Made by a program: the position numbers and the translations under genes. The notes below the pieces were generated by a model, which saw only the letters and a program-made list of their open reading frames with translations, was not told the origin of the DNA and did no database searches. Below are positions 52,189 through 61,280 of a DNA stretch of 64,000 bases, in pieces. This DNA comes from a virus, in IMG/VR virus record IMGVR_UViG_3300020385_000005, positions 1-64,000 of that record; one strand, written 5' to 3'. The stretch's first letter is position 1, and each line of letters opens with the position of its first letter.

Positions 52189-52227
52189 CTATAAGTGTTA
52201 TAAAATAATATAAAATAATACTTATAG
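52189..52227 (+). promoter_or_regulatory. inverted repeat enclosing tandem TATAAAATAA
   Basis: CTATAAGT (52189-52196) and ACTTATAG (52220-52227) flank TATAAAATAATATAAAATAAT, between the two closest tube paralogues. Confidence 0.3.
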
Positions 52228-52240
52228 CTTGGAGGGCTCT

Positions 52241-53812
52241 ATGTCTAGAGTAGATGCTTCGACTTCTTTGTCACAATCTTATAGTTCATTCTCTGGGGTT
52301 GATATCAGAGTGATAATTAATGGTGTGCAGTGTGGAAGCATTCAACACTTGAGTTACATGATACAGCGTGAAAAAGCGCCTAATTATGTAATGGGCTCAG
52401 TTGACCCTGTATCTTTCGCAAGAGGGAAGCGTGGTATAAACGGTGTCATAAGGGGACTATTGTTAGACGTAGATCTTTTACGTTCTGAGTCATTCGATAA
52501 TGAAAAAGCATTACTTGATAGGGATGAACTCTTTTTTAAAAATATTGAAACGGAGAAGACGGAAACCACCACAAGGGTAGAGCAGCCAAAATATAGAAGG
52601 CATAAACCGAATGAAAGAAGAGGGAGGTGGGAGTACATATATGATATTTTTATATCCTTTAAAGTATTTCCTGGAGGAAGTGCTACTAGCGCAGCAAAAG
52701 ATTGCTTTAAGAGCGCAGTCGTAGGAGCACTGGAAACACTTGCCACTTCAATAATATCAGGTGGGCTGTTAAGCGTTCCTGCAGCCTCAAATTTTCTTAG
52801 AGAAGCAATAGCAGACTGCGTGGGAGGTATGCTTGAAGCACTAATTTATGAAGGGGGGATTGCAGGGTTGGCTGGAGATGCATTGCTGGCCTTTACAGTC
52901 TATACAGAAAAATATGAAGAAAATTTAGAGGAAATAGAAATGCACAATAGGGCTGTGAATTTACATAATTCGAAGCAACTCCCCACAACAATAACTTCAA
53001 CAAAAACTATTAAATCTTCAGAAACCGCAGAATTCGGCTATACTATTCCTGAAGAATATAACTTAGAAAACTTAGGTAGCAATTATCTTGTAAATAATGT
53101 GGAATATTTAGACCAGATATTACCTTTTGATATTGTTATTGTTGCAGTTAATGAGTATGGGCAATCAGCTCAGATGAGATTATATGGTTGTGAAATTTTA
53201 TCTGCTAATAGTGAATTTAGCGTAGATCAAATGACAATACCTTTTTCTTTGAATTTCGTAGCTAGAAATATTTTACCTTGGAGAAGCTTTGATTTGCTTC
53301 ATGAAGGTGGTAATCCAGGAGAAAGAGTTTATCCCATTAAACAAATTCCTACCTCAAGTAGCAGTTTGGGGGGAGAACCAGTAGCTCCCAATATCAATGA
53401 TATTGATGAGTTTGATGCCGACATAGATGAATTTTTCATGACGGTTTTGAATGATCCAGATTTAGATAATGATGGTATTCCTAATGAAGAGGATCCAGAA
53501 CCAGAAGTTTCAAATGACCCACTTGATAATGACAATACTGATCAAGACGATCCAGCACCACTCGATCCAACAATAAGTGAAGTTGCGCCTACTCAAGAGC
53601 AAATAGATGCGGCGATCCCAGATAATGATGGGGATGGACTTCCCAATGTTCTGGATCCAGATGATGATAATGATGGATTAAATGACGAAGAAGACCCGCG
53701 CCCACTTAATAATGACAATACTGCTGGAGATGATTTCCACCCAGAAGACACTGATGGAGATGGTGCGTTTGATGCAGACGATGCTGACCCTAACGATCCT
53801 AATGTACAATAA
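52241..53812 (+). CDS. tail tube-family protein, paralogue 2, with insertion and acidic Ca-binding-type repeats (523 aa)
   Basis: The ORF-track start at 52229 is TTG; ATG 52241 has GGAGG upstream. N- and C-core are highly similar to 51245..52159. The C-terminal DxDxDG-type repeats occupy 53453-53809. Confidence 0.5.
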   Translation: MSRVDASTSLSQSYSSFSGVDIRVIINGVQCGSIQHLSYMIQREKAPNYVMGSVDPVSFARGKRGINGVIRGLLLDVDLLRSESFDNEKALLDRDELFFKNIETEKTETTTRVEQPKYRRHKPNERRGRWEYIYDIFISFKVFPGGSATSAAKDCFKSAVVGALETLATSIISGGLLSVPAASNFLREAIADCVGGMLEALIYEGGIAGLAGDALLAFTVYTEKYEENLEEIEMHNRAVNLHNSKQLPTTITSTKTIKSSETAEFGYTIPEEYNLENLGSNYLVNNVEYLDQILPFDIVIVAVNEYGQSAQMRLYGCEILSANSEFSVDQMTIPFSLNFVARNILPWRSFDLLHEGGNPGERVYPIKQIPTSSSSLGGEPVAPNINDIDEFDADIDEFFMTVLNDPDLDNDGIPNEEDPEPEVSNDPLDNDNTDQDDPAPLDPTISEVAPTQEQIDAAIPDNDGDGLPNVLDPDDDNDGLNDEEDPRPLNNDNTAGDDFHPEDTDGDGAFDADDADPNDPNVQ

Positions 53813-53823
53813 GAAGAGAATAT

Positions 53824-54738
53824 ATGAGTACAGCAAATTATACATATAGTTATTCTGGTGCAGACTGTGATGCTTTTGCTTTTTTTCCTGGTAGTGGTGC
53901 ATTAAAGATGCATATAGAAAGAAAAGCAAAATTGAATACAGAGAGAAACAAATTATGGGAAGAACATGAGAATAAGAAGAGTTCGTTAGCGAACAAATCT
54001 GATAACCCTTATGGTCTCAAGGCAAAATTAGAACCTAATCATGACTTGGGTGAAGAAGTGGCTAATCCAGGTTTTTTCGAACCAATTAAATTAAGTCAAA
54101 TGGCTACTATTTCTATTTCAATTCATGAAGCAAAATCTCCAGTAAGAAGATTGGGAGAAAGAGCAGCACATGGATATACTAGGGGTATAAGAACTATAGC
54201 AGGAACAATAGTATTTTTAATAATAGAAGATCATCCCTTAAGGATGCTTGCTGCAAAAGATCCTGCAAATATCTATCCTGAGTTAATTGGCTGGTCTAGA
54301 GACTTGCAAACTAAAGGAGTAGGTTCAGGAGGTGGAAGCGAGATAAGATTTGACAATAAAATCTCAACTTTAATATCTCCATTAAATATCATGCTAAGAT
54401 ACCAGACAGAATTAGCTGCAAATGGTAATGGTACTGCTGGTGGATCTATGATGCTTGAAGGTGTAGAGTTTGTAAATGAAGGTATCGTAACTTCAGTAAA
54501 CGATATGGTAACTGAGGTAGTTTGCCAATTCGTAGCACAAGATATAAAGCCTTTCACAGACTTAAACAAAAGAAATTCAGATGAGATTATCGAATCTTAT
54601 AATAAGCATCGAGGAAAAGCTTTATATGAGCCATACTATAGAAGTAAAATAAACGACTGGAAAGTTCAAGAAAAACAACTCGATCCAAGACAAATTGGGA
54701 ATACATCTATTAGAGTTGAAGGCTTCAATGGATCATAG
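53824..54738 (+). CDS. tail tube-family protein, paralogue 3 (304 aa)
   Basis: YSYSGADCDAFAFF... and SISIHEAKSPVRRLGERAAHGYTRGIRTIAGTIVF follow the same pattern as paralogues 1 and 2. Confidence 0.4.
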   Translation: MSTANYTYSYSGADCDAFAFFPGSGALKMHIERKAKLNTERNKLWEEHENKKSSLANKSDNPYGLKAKLEPNHDLGEEVANPGFFEPIKLSQMATISISIHEAKSPVRRLGERAAHGYTRGIRTIAGTIVFLIIEDHPLRMLAAKDPANIYPELIGWSRDLQTKGVGSGGGSEIRFDNKISTLISPLNIMLRYQTELAANGNGTAGGSMMLEGVEFVNEGIVTSVNDMVTEVVCQFVAQDIKPFTDLNKRNSDEIIESYNKHRGKALYEPYYRSKINDWKVQEKQLDPRQIGNTSIRVEGFNGS

Positions 54739-54746
54739 GAGGAAAT

Positions 54747-55211
54747 ATGAGCTTTTATAATTATGAGTATTTTTCAGGTGCTAATGTAGAAATTGAATTT
54801 AAAAATGCTGACCTGGATGGCGAGTACAAAAAAGTCTACGAATGTGCAGGAATAAGTTATAGTATACAAAACTCTCAGCAACCTATATATGGTTATGCAT
54901 CAACTCAATTTGATGCTATGTTACCTGGAAGAGAAATAGTTCAAGGTAATTTTGTTGCAAATTATGTAAAGCCCGATTATATATTAACTGATATATTAGA
55001 GAATCCAGCTATAGCGTCTTCTGGGGCTCTAACTTATAATGGCTTCTTAACTAATGCATTTGACATTAAGATTCGTTTTGGAACAAAAAGTGAAATCATT
55101 ATTAAGACTTGTTATATAATTTCTAGAGGGCAAACTGTTCAAATATCAGAACAGGTCCTTTTAGAGGAATACGGTTTCTTAGGTAGATCAATAGATTTTA
55201 AAAATAAATAA
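54747..55211 (+). CDS. tail tube-family protein, paralogue 4, minimal (154 aa)
   Basis: YEYFSGANVEIEF...ISYSIQNSQQPIYGYASTQFDAMLPGREIVQGNF follows the same pattern without insertions. Confidence 0.4.
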   Translation: MSFYNYEYFSGANVEIEFKNADLDGEYKKVYECAGISYSIQNSQQPIYGYASTQFDAMLPGREIVQGNFVANYVKPDYILTDILENPAIASSGALTYNGFLTNAFDIKIRFGTKSEIIIKTCYIISRGQTVQISEQVLLEEYGFLGRSIDFKNK

Positions 55212-55234
55212 CTCATTTTAGATACAGGAAAGAC

Positions 55235-56155
55235 ATGGCTTTAAAAGGAAAAAAACTTAATAACGTAGTTATGTTTGGAGAACCGTTGAATGCACGAGCA
55301 AAAAGTGCGCTAGAAAAAAGTTCTCCAACTGCAGATCAAATTATCCAAAGTTTGCCGCCTAGTGCATTCTTGCCGATTCCAGAAGATACAAAAGAAGAAA
55401 TTGAGCTACAAAAGAAGATATCGAAAGCTGAAATAGAGAAGCAAAAAGTAATCAATGCAGAAGAGGCAAAAAAGAATCGGTTGCAAAAAAAACGAGATGC
55501 TGCTTTAAAAAAGAGAAGAGAACGACAAAAGAAAAAAGAACGAGTAAAAAAACCTGTAGTTGAGAAATCTGTGGTAGAACAAGAACCTACAATAATAAAA
55601 GAAATTATTGAAAATAAACAAACTAACCCCCCAGAGGAGACTTTAAAGATGAACCTAGATGATGAATTAAAAGCATTAGAAGACAAAATCCAGCCAAAGC
55701 AGCCAGAGCCACGTGTCGAAGTGCTAGAAGATAATGTAGCTGAAGTCAGTGGTCAAACTGACCTAAAGGATCAAATTTTAGATCTTTTAGAAGGAGAGGA
55801 AAGTGCTCCGTCAGTAGAATTGATTTCAGAATGGAAAAGAGTCTATGGAAAAAATGGGATACATGTAATGGCATTTGGAGAGGGCGATGTGTATATTTAT
55901 CATCATCTTACTAGAGGGGAATGGAAGAAAATAAAAGAATTGATGAGCAAGTTGCGAGAAAGTTCTAACCCAGAAGAAGTAGAAGAAAAACTAAAAGAAA
56001 AAGTAGTGCTTTATTGTATTGTCTGGCCTTCAGTAGATGAAAATTGGTTAGATTATTGTAAAGCAGGAATATTAGATTCACTCTACCAAATGATTTTATT
56101 GAATTCTGGGTTCTTGACTCCTCAACAAGCGATGCTTTTAACTACCCAACTTTAA
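55235..56155 (+). CDS. highly charged protein (306 aa) in the tail-chaperone position
   Basis: Lys/Glu-rich central region; located upstream of the tape-measure-like gene. Confidence 0.4.
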   Translation: MALKGKKLNNVVMFGEPLNARAKSALEKSSPTADQIIQSLPPSAFLPIPEDTKEEIELQKKISKAEIEKQKVINAEEAKKNRLQKKRDAALKKRRERQKKKERVKKPVVEKSVVEQEPTIIKEIIENKQTNPPEETLKMNLDDELKALEDKIQPKQPEPRVEVLEDNVAEVSGQTDLKDQILDLLEGEESAPSVELISEWKRVYGKNGIHVMAFGEGDVYIYHHLTRGEWKKIKELMSKLRESSNPEEVEEKLKEKVVLYCIVWPSVDENWLDYCKAGILDSLYQMILLNSGFLTPQQAMLLTTQL

Positions 56156-56168
56156 GAAAGCATATGCA

Positions 56169-56876
56169 ATGAATTTAAAAAAAGTCTTAGAATCAGACTG
56201 TGATTTATATTCTATTGCATTTGACGAACACTGTACTTTTGAATTCAGACTTTTAAAAATCAAAGAATTCAATCTGTTCAATAAATTGATTAATAATAAT
56301 ATTTCACCGTACGTTTTATATGATGAAATATTTAATATATGCTTCATAGGTACTGAACAATATTTATCTAATGATCTTCCTGCAGGATATACTATTTCTA
56401 CAGGAGAGATGATATATAAAATGTCCGGTGATAATAGCGGAGAAGATTTTTTACTTTCTATTGCAAAAGAAAGAAATTTAAATCCACTCGATAGCATTTA
56501 TGAGTACATGCGATGTACTATCTTTTCTGCATTTACAAACTTCACACCTAAGTGTGTTGAGAATATGACAGAAAAGCAATTTATTAAAAATTTCGTTTCT
56601 GCAGAAAATCTTTTATCAAAAACCAAGGAAGGGTTTAAAAGAATCGACCTAGAAAATATATATAAAGAAATGTATAATATTAAAGAAGAAGTAGAAGTAA
56701 AAGAACAAGAAGATGAACCACAGCTGCATTATGTTAATGATGCAGCTCTCTTAGAAAAAGAATTAGGATATTGGGAAATGCAAGAAGCAGAACAACAATT
56801 CCTCAAAGAAGAGAGAGACAGATTGAAGAAGGAGAAGTTGAGTAAATCAGAATTAAGATCCTTAGATAGGAGATAA
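56169..56876 (+). CDS. hypothetical protein (235 aa) in the tail-chaperone position
   Basis: Immediately precedes the 1465-aa gene. No overlap or slippery site seen. Confidence 0.4.
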   Translation: MNLKKVLESDCDLYSIAFDEHCTFEFRLLKIKEFNLFNKLINNNISPYVLYDEIFNICFIGTEQYLSNDLPAGYTISTGEMIYKMSGDNSGEDFLLSIAKERNLNPLDSIYEYMRCTIFSAFTNFTPKCVENMTEKQFIKNFVSAENLLSKTKEGFKRIDLENIYKEMYNIKEEVEVKEQEDEPQLHYVNDAALLEKELGYWEMQEAEQQFLKEERDRLKKEKLSKSELRSLDRR

Positions 56877-56877
56877 G

Positions 56878-59800
56878 ATGTTTACTCAACAAGGCCCTGG
56901 AGGCGTTTTTCATTCAGCTGTTGCAGCTGAACCTGAGATGCATCCTTTAATAGAAGGAGCACTATCTCTAACCCCTTATGCGGCGGGATTAGTGGGCGCA
57001 TCCTATATGATGCATTCTGCATATGGTGACGCAAATAATAAATTCACTAAGTATGATATCTTTCAGCGTCAAATTAGAAATCTAGCTAATAAAACACCTT
57101 TTGGCCTTGGTAACACTTTTAGAGTTCCAGAATTCATGAGTCCATATGCTTCTCCAGAAGCATTAGGCTTAGAAAAAGCTAAATCGTCCTTAGACTCCGC
57201 AGACATGTATAAATACATTTTTTCTGCGGATTCTTTATCGACAGAAAGTACTAGAAATTTAGTCAAAGGCATTATAGGCGAGTCTGCATATGGTGACATA
57301 AGTACTCATTTTTCTACTGATAGTGAGAGATTTCGATTAGTTTATGAACAAGAAGCAGATCAGCGAGGAAGGGGGCGGTTAGTATTCGAAGAGCTTGAAG
57401 AATTTCAAGCTGACAAACTCGATACTAAAGGCAAAAAGATTGGAGTTGAAACCGAATTAAGGATCAAGCAGGGTGCCTCTAAACTTTTATCAGAAGATGT
57501 AGCAGTTCAAAACTTGCGTTATTCTGCTGACCTCTATGACATGTTAGAAGAACTTAATATTTCAGGAAAAATCAATCCTGCATATCAAGGGTTCGTACAG
57601 AACATGGACGTGAGAGGAGTGGTATTTGATGACATCTTCAAGGGGTCTGATGGAAGTATAGAAAGGTTAGGTTTAATAGCTTCTGCGAAAGGAAGTTTTT
57701 CTTCACTTGAAGACTTAAGGAGAAGGACGGCATATCCAACAGCATATTTATCAGCAGGACTAAATCGTTTCAATAGGTTGATTGCGGCTACTAAAGAGCA
57801 AATGCCAATTTTAGGTAAACACTTATCGGCATTTGGAGAAGCTACTGGATTGGGACTCAGTACTAAACCAGGACCATTTTATAAGCAATTCTTTGAAATC
57901 GGATACAAGGCTAGTAAAATCGGAGCAGCTAGTGTCGGGTTAGCAACAATAGACCATTATCGTCGCAATTATGGTGCTGGAGGAAACTTAGTTGCATCTG
58001 CTGGGACAAGCATGGGGTTCGCATACCTATATGATAAGATGTCTAAGGGTAGTCCCAAAGTAGCTCCATTCAAAGTAGGTGCTGCCGCTATGGCAGTTCA
58101 AATGTTTGCACCTGGGTTTGATCAAGGCTTAATTGAAGGTGTCGCTACAACTGCAGTAAATTTAGATATTGGAAGATCTTATTTAGGGCAAATAACTGGA
58201 ATGTCTTATTTAAAGAGGGGCATTGAAGGAGTGCTTCCTGGATTTACAGATCCGACAACTAGCCTATATTTAGGTTTAGGTGCCACTGCATTATCGTATT
58301 TTGGGTATGGAGAGGATTATTTAAGAAAGGCTTCGGAAGGAAATTTAAATACAGTAGATGATTTAGCTGGCAAGATCGTCCCACAGTTTATCAAAGATAG
58401 ACTAGGCTTAGTTGGAGATGCGCAAACTGGTGAGGTTAAAGCGCCTCTTACAAAGCATCAAATAAGAGCAGCTTCAATATATGAAACAGTGGTTCCAATA
58501 AAATCTGGAACTGGAGACTTTTCTGATGCATTCATGAAGTACAATCCTCTAGCCAAAGAGTTAAGTGGTTTGGCTCCTGGTTCAAGTGAATACGATGACT
58601 ATTTAAGTAGAATTGATGATATCATTAAAGGAAAAGGTAAAGGTGATTTAGATAGCAAGGAAATCAACAAATTAACAAATTTCTTCAATAATAATAAAGA
58701 TCTTTTTGATCGAGTGGGTGGGATAAAAGATAGCTCTGAAGTTCAAAAGCGGATTTTAGATTTTGAATATAGTGTTGACGCCAAGATGCGATCAGAGATT
58801 TTTGACAAGACTTATAACCAGAATGATTTAAATCGGTCCTTGCTGGATCGAATAGAAATTATAAATAAGAAATATCAAAAAGGAAGCGCGCTTGATAACA
58901 TTTTAAGACGGACAGAAATCTTAGGCGCAGAAATATATCATTCTTTCTTTGGGGCATCTTTAAAAGGTGACGTAACAAGAATGGTTGACGGGGAAGAAGT
59001 AACTAAGACTTATGACCAATTTGCAAAAAGCTTAAACGCCTCTCCTATCTTTAGAAGATTTGGAGCACTTTTTTTAGGAGTAGCAGCAACACATCAAGTT
59101 GTGACAGGGGGACTTTTTGGAACAATGGAGAATCCTGATGAATTAAAAGAGATTTATTCAGGAAAGAAGTTAGTTGAGATAAAAAAGGGTCGCTGGTGGG
59201 AAGGTGGAGGTACGCCTCTAGAAGGTAACGAAACAAGTTATTTTAGACCACATGCTTATGTATCGTTAATGACACAAGCAAAAGAAAGGGCTGTTTGGGG
59301 AGACGAAACTGATGAATATTCGCCTCTGACTCGATTTGCGTTGAAAAACTTCACCTACCACTTAGAAGAAAAAAATTACTATGATCGTCCATACCCAATC
59401 ACAGGAAGTGCTTTCGAAGATGTACCTGTAATTGGGGGGATCCTATCTAATACAATTGGTCGATTAATAAAGCCTCCAAAATTGATGCATGAAGAAGAAC
59501 TTTATCAAGTTGGAAGTGGTGGCCAGGCAACCAGAACATATTTACAAGAATTTGGAACTAGTCCAGAATTAGGACAAATTGGTCCCGGAATACCAAAATC
59601 TCCAAAATCAATAAGCTCACTTATCGGTGGGATGCAATATCAATTTAGAGAAATTGAAGGCTTAACAGGCTACACAAAGAATTATCTTCAAAAGTTAGTA
59701 ACAGGACGAGAAACTGTAGGGACTAGGGAATTTACAATGGCTTCTTCGGCAGATATGGATTCTGCTATTTTAGATTATTGGGACATGGATCTTGGTGGAA

Positions 59801-61275
59801 TGGCATTTACTTCGGAGCCAATAAGACGTCTTTTACCTAGACCTCGCTCTGATATAGAGAAGTATAATCCAATTGCGAATTCTATGCCATCTTGGATGCC
59901 AGCAAGATATCGAAGAGGCGACCCTTACAGATCAATACCAAATGGCTTTGCAAGACTGCCTGGAAAAGCATATGAAGCTCTGAATCCAGAATTAAAAGGG
60001 TTGGATCCTGAAGATTATCCAGATATACATAAGTATAAAATACTTTCGGATTTATCTCCGAAATCAAGAGAAACACTTCGATTAAGAAACCAGCTAATGG
60101 AAAGGAAAGTGGCTGGATTAACTACAGAGCTAGAAAACAGAATATTAGAAAACGCTTCTGAAGCACATAGAAAACGTTTAGCTTCAACAAGAGATTTTGA
60201 ATATGCTAAAAATGCAATCAAAATACCAGTCGTTTCAGATATAACAAGAAGCATGTATCAAGGTGCAGAATCAATAGTTAGAAAAGTAACCGCTCCTGTG
60301 GAATATTTAATACCAGGTGGCTTTAGACCTACTCAAAAGTTATTAGGTAGGACTAGATCTGCAATCGAGACTTATGAGCAAGAACGTGTCTACGGAACAA
60401 CAAATGCATTTTGGGATAAGCATGTTCGAGATTGGTTTAGACCTGCCCTGTATAGTGCAGCAAATTTAATGGGCTGGGATGGGAAACCTGTACATGTTGA
60501 AAGACGAGAAGAGTTAGATTCGCATTTTGATAAATTGCAATTTTTAAAGTTTATGAACTTAGCGCAAAATGCAGAGAATGGTAAAGATCGTCAAAGGTAT
60601 ATGAAGATGGCGGCACAAACTCGTACAGGAGTCAATCCCAATGGGGATGCATTGGGATTGTACTTGTCCTTACCAAATGCAGAAAAAAGATTCTTTGATG
60701 CTTTCGCAAATGCAAAAGAAGCTGATAGGGATAAAATTTTAGAACTAGTTCCTGAAGATCAGGTTCACTTGTATCAAGCTGTTTGGAATCGAATTGATAG
60801 TGGAGAAAAATTATCTTTAATGGGAGCAGATCCTAAAGCTAATATAGATCAAAATTACATGCATAATAAACTTGGAGAAGTTCAAGAATACTTTAAGAAT
60901 CGCCCACTACCTGGACCAGATTGGATTGGCTGGCACAAAGATGTAGATATAGAAGATATTAAAGTAAAGTATATCGATAATACAGGTCAAGAAACACACG
61001 ATTACGACGTTTGGAACTCTCAAGTAAGGAGAGTTTCAAGACGACCATTTTTGGAAGGAGCTGATATGTTTATGTATGAAAATCCTGGCCCATCAAGAAA
61101 TTCTGCTAGAAACAGAATCATCAGAGGGGTGAAAAATTCAAGCGGAATAGACTTTAGTAAAACATTGATAAATACTTCACATGCACCTTATGAGAATAGT
61201 AGAGCTGAGATATACTATAATGACGATAGAGGCTCTGAAATTCTCTCTATGTTGAATTTAGCGGTAAGAGGTTAA
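56878..61275 (+). CDS. tape-measure-like large tail protein (1465 aa, putative)
   Basis: Positioned after tube and chaperone-position genes. Gly/Ala-rich hydrophobic segments at about residues 330-480. No enzymatic motif recognised. Confidence 0.4.
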   Translation: MFTQQGPGGVFHSAVAAEPEMHPLIEGALSLTPYAAGLVGASYMMHSAYGDANNKFTKYDIFQRQIRNLANKTPFGLGNTFRVPEFMSPYASPEALGLEKAKSSLDSADMYKYIFSADSLSTESTRNLVKGIIGESAYGDISTHFSTDSERFRLVYEQEADQRGRGRLVFEELEEFQADKLDTKGKKIGVETELRIKQGASKLLSEDVAVQNLRYSADLYDMLEELNISGKINPAYQGFVQNMDVRGVVFDDIFKGSDGSIERLGLIASAKGSFSSLEDLRRRTAYPTAYLSAGLNRFNRLIAATKEQMPILGKHLSAFGEATGLGLSTKPGPFYKQFFEIGYKASKIGAASVGLATIDHYRRNYGAGGNLVASAGTSMGFAYLYDKMSKGSPKVAPFKVGAAAMAVQMFAPGFDQGLIEGVATTAVNLDIGRSYLGQITGMSYLKRGIEGVLPGFTDPTTSLYLGLGATALSYFGYGEDYLRKASEGNLNTVDDLAGKIVPQFIKDRLGLVGDAQTGEVKAPLTKHQIRAASIYETVVPIKSGTGDFSDAFMKYNPLAKELSGLAPGSSEYDDYLSRIDDIIKGKGKGDLDSKEINKLTNFFNNNKDLFDRVGGIKDSSEVQKRILDFEYSVDAKMRSEIFDKTYNQNDLNRSLLDRIEIINKKYQKGSALDNILRRTEILGAEIYHSFFGASLKGDVTRMVDGEEVTKTYDQFAKSLNASPIFRRFGALFLGVAATHQVVTGGLFGTMENPDELKEIYSGKKLVEIKKGRWWEGGGTPLEGNETSYFRPHAYVSLMTQAKERAVWGDETDEYSPLTRFALKNFTYHLEEKNYYDRPYPITGSAFEDVPVIGGILSNTIGRLIKPPKLMHEEELYQVGSGGQATRTYLQEFGTSPELGQIGPGIPKSPKSISSLIGGMQYQFREIEGLTGYTKNYLQKLVTGRETVGTREFTMASSADMDSAILDYWDMDLGGMAFTSEPIRRLLPRPRSDIEKYNPIANSMPSWMPARYRRGDPYRSIPNGFARLPGKAYEALNPELKGLDPEDYPDIHKYKILSDLSPKSRETLRLRNQLMERKVAGLTTELENRILENASEAHRKRLASTRDFEYAKNAIKIPVVSDITRSMYQGAESIVRKVTAPVEYLIPGGFRPTQKLLGRTRSAIETYEQERVYGTTNAFWDKHVRDWFRPALYSAANLMGWDGKPVHVERREELDSHFDKLQFLKFMNLAQNAENGKDRQRYMKMAAQTRTGVNPNGDALGLYLSLPNAEKRFFDAFANAKEADRDKILELVPEDQVHLYQAVWNRIDSGEKLSLMGADPKANIDQNYMHNKLGEVQEYFKNRPLPGPDWIGWHKDVDIEDIKVKYIDNTGQETHDYDVWNSQVRRVSRRPFLEGADMFMYENPGPSRNSARNRIIRGVKNSSGIDFSKTLINTSHAPYENSRAEIYYNDDRGSEILSMLNLAVRG

Positions 61276-61280
61276 CCAGT

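Noticed and set aside
55235-56876. Programmed -1 frameshift between the two chaperone-position ORFs (the G/GT paradigm).
   Set aside because: The ORFs do not overlap (stop 56155, start 56169) and I saw no slippery heptamer.
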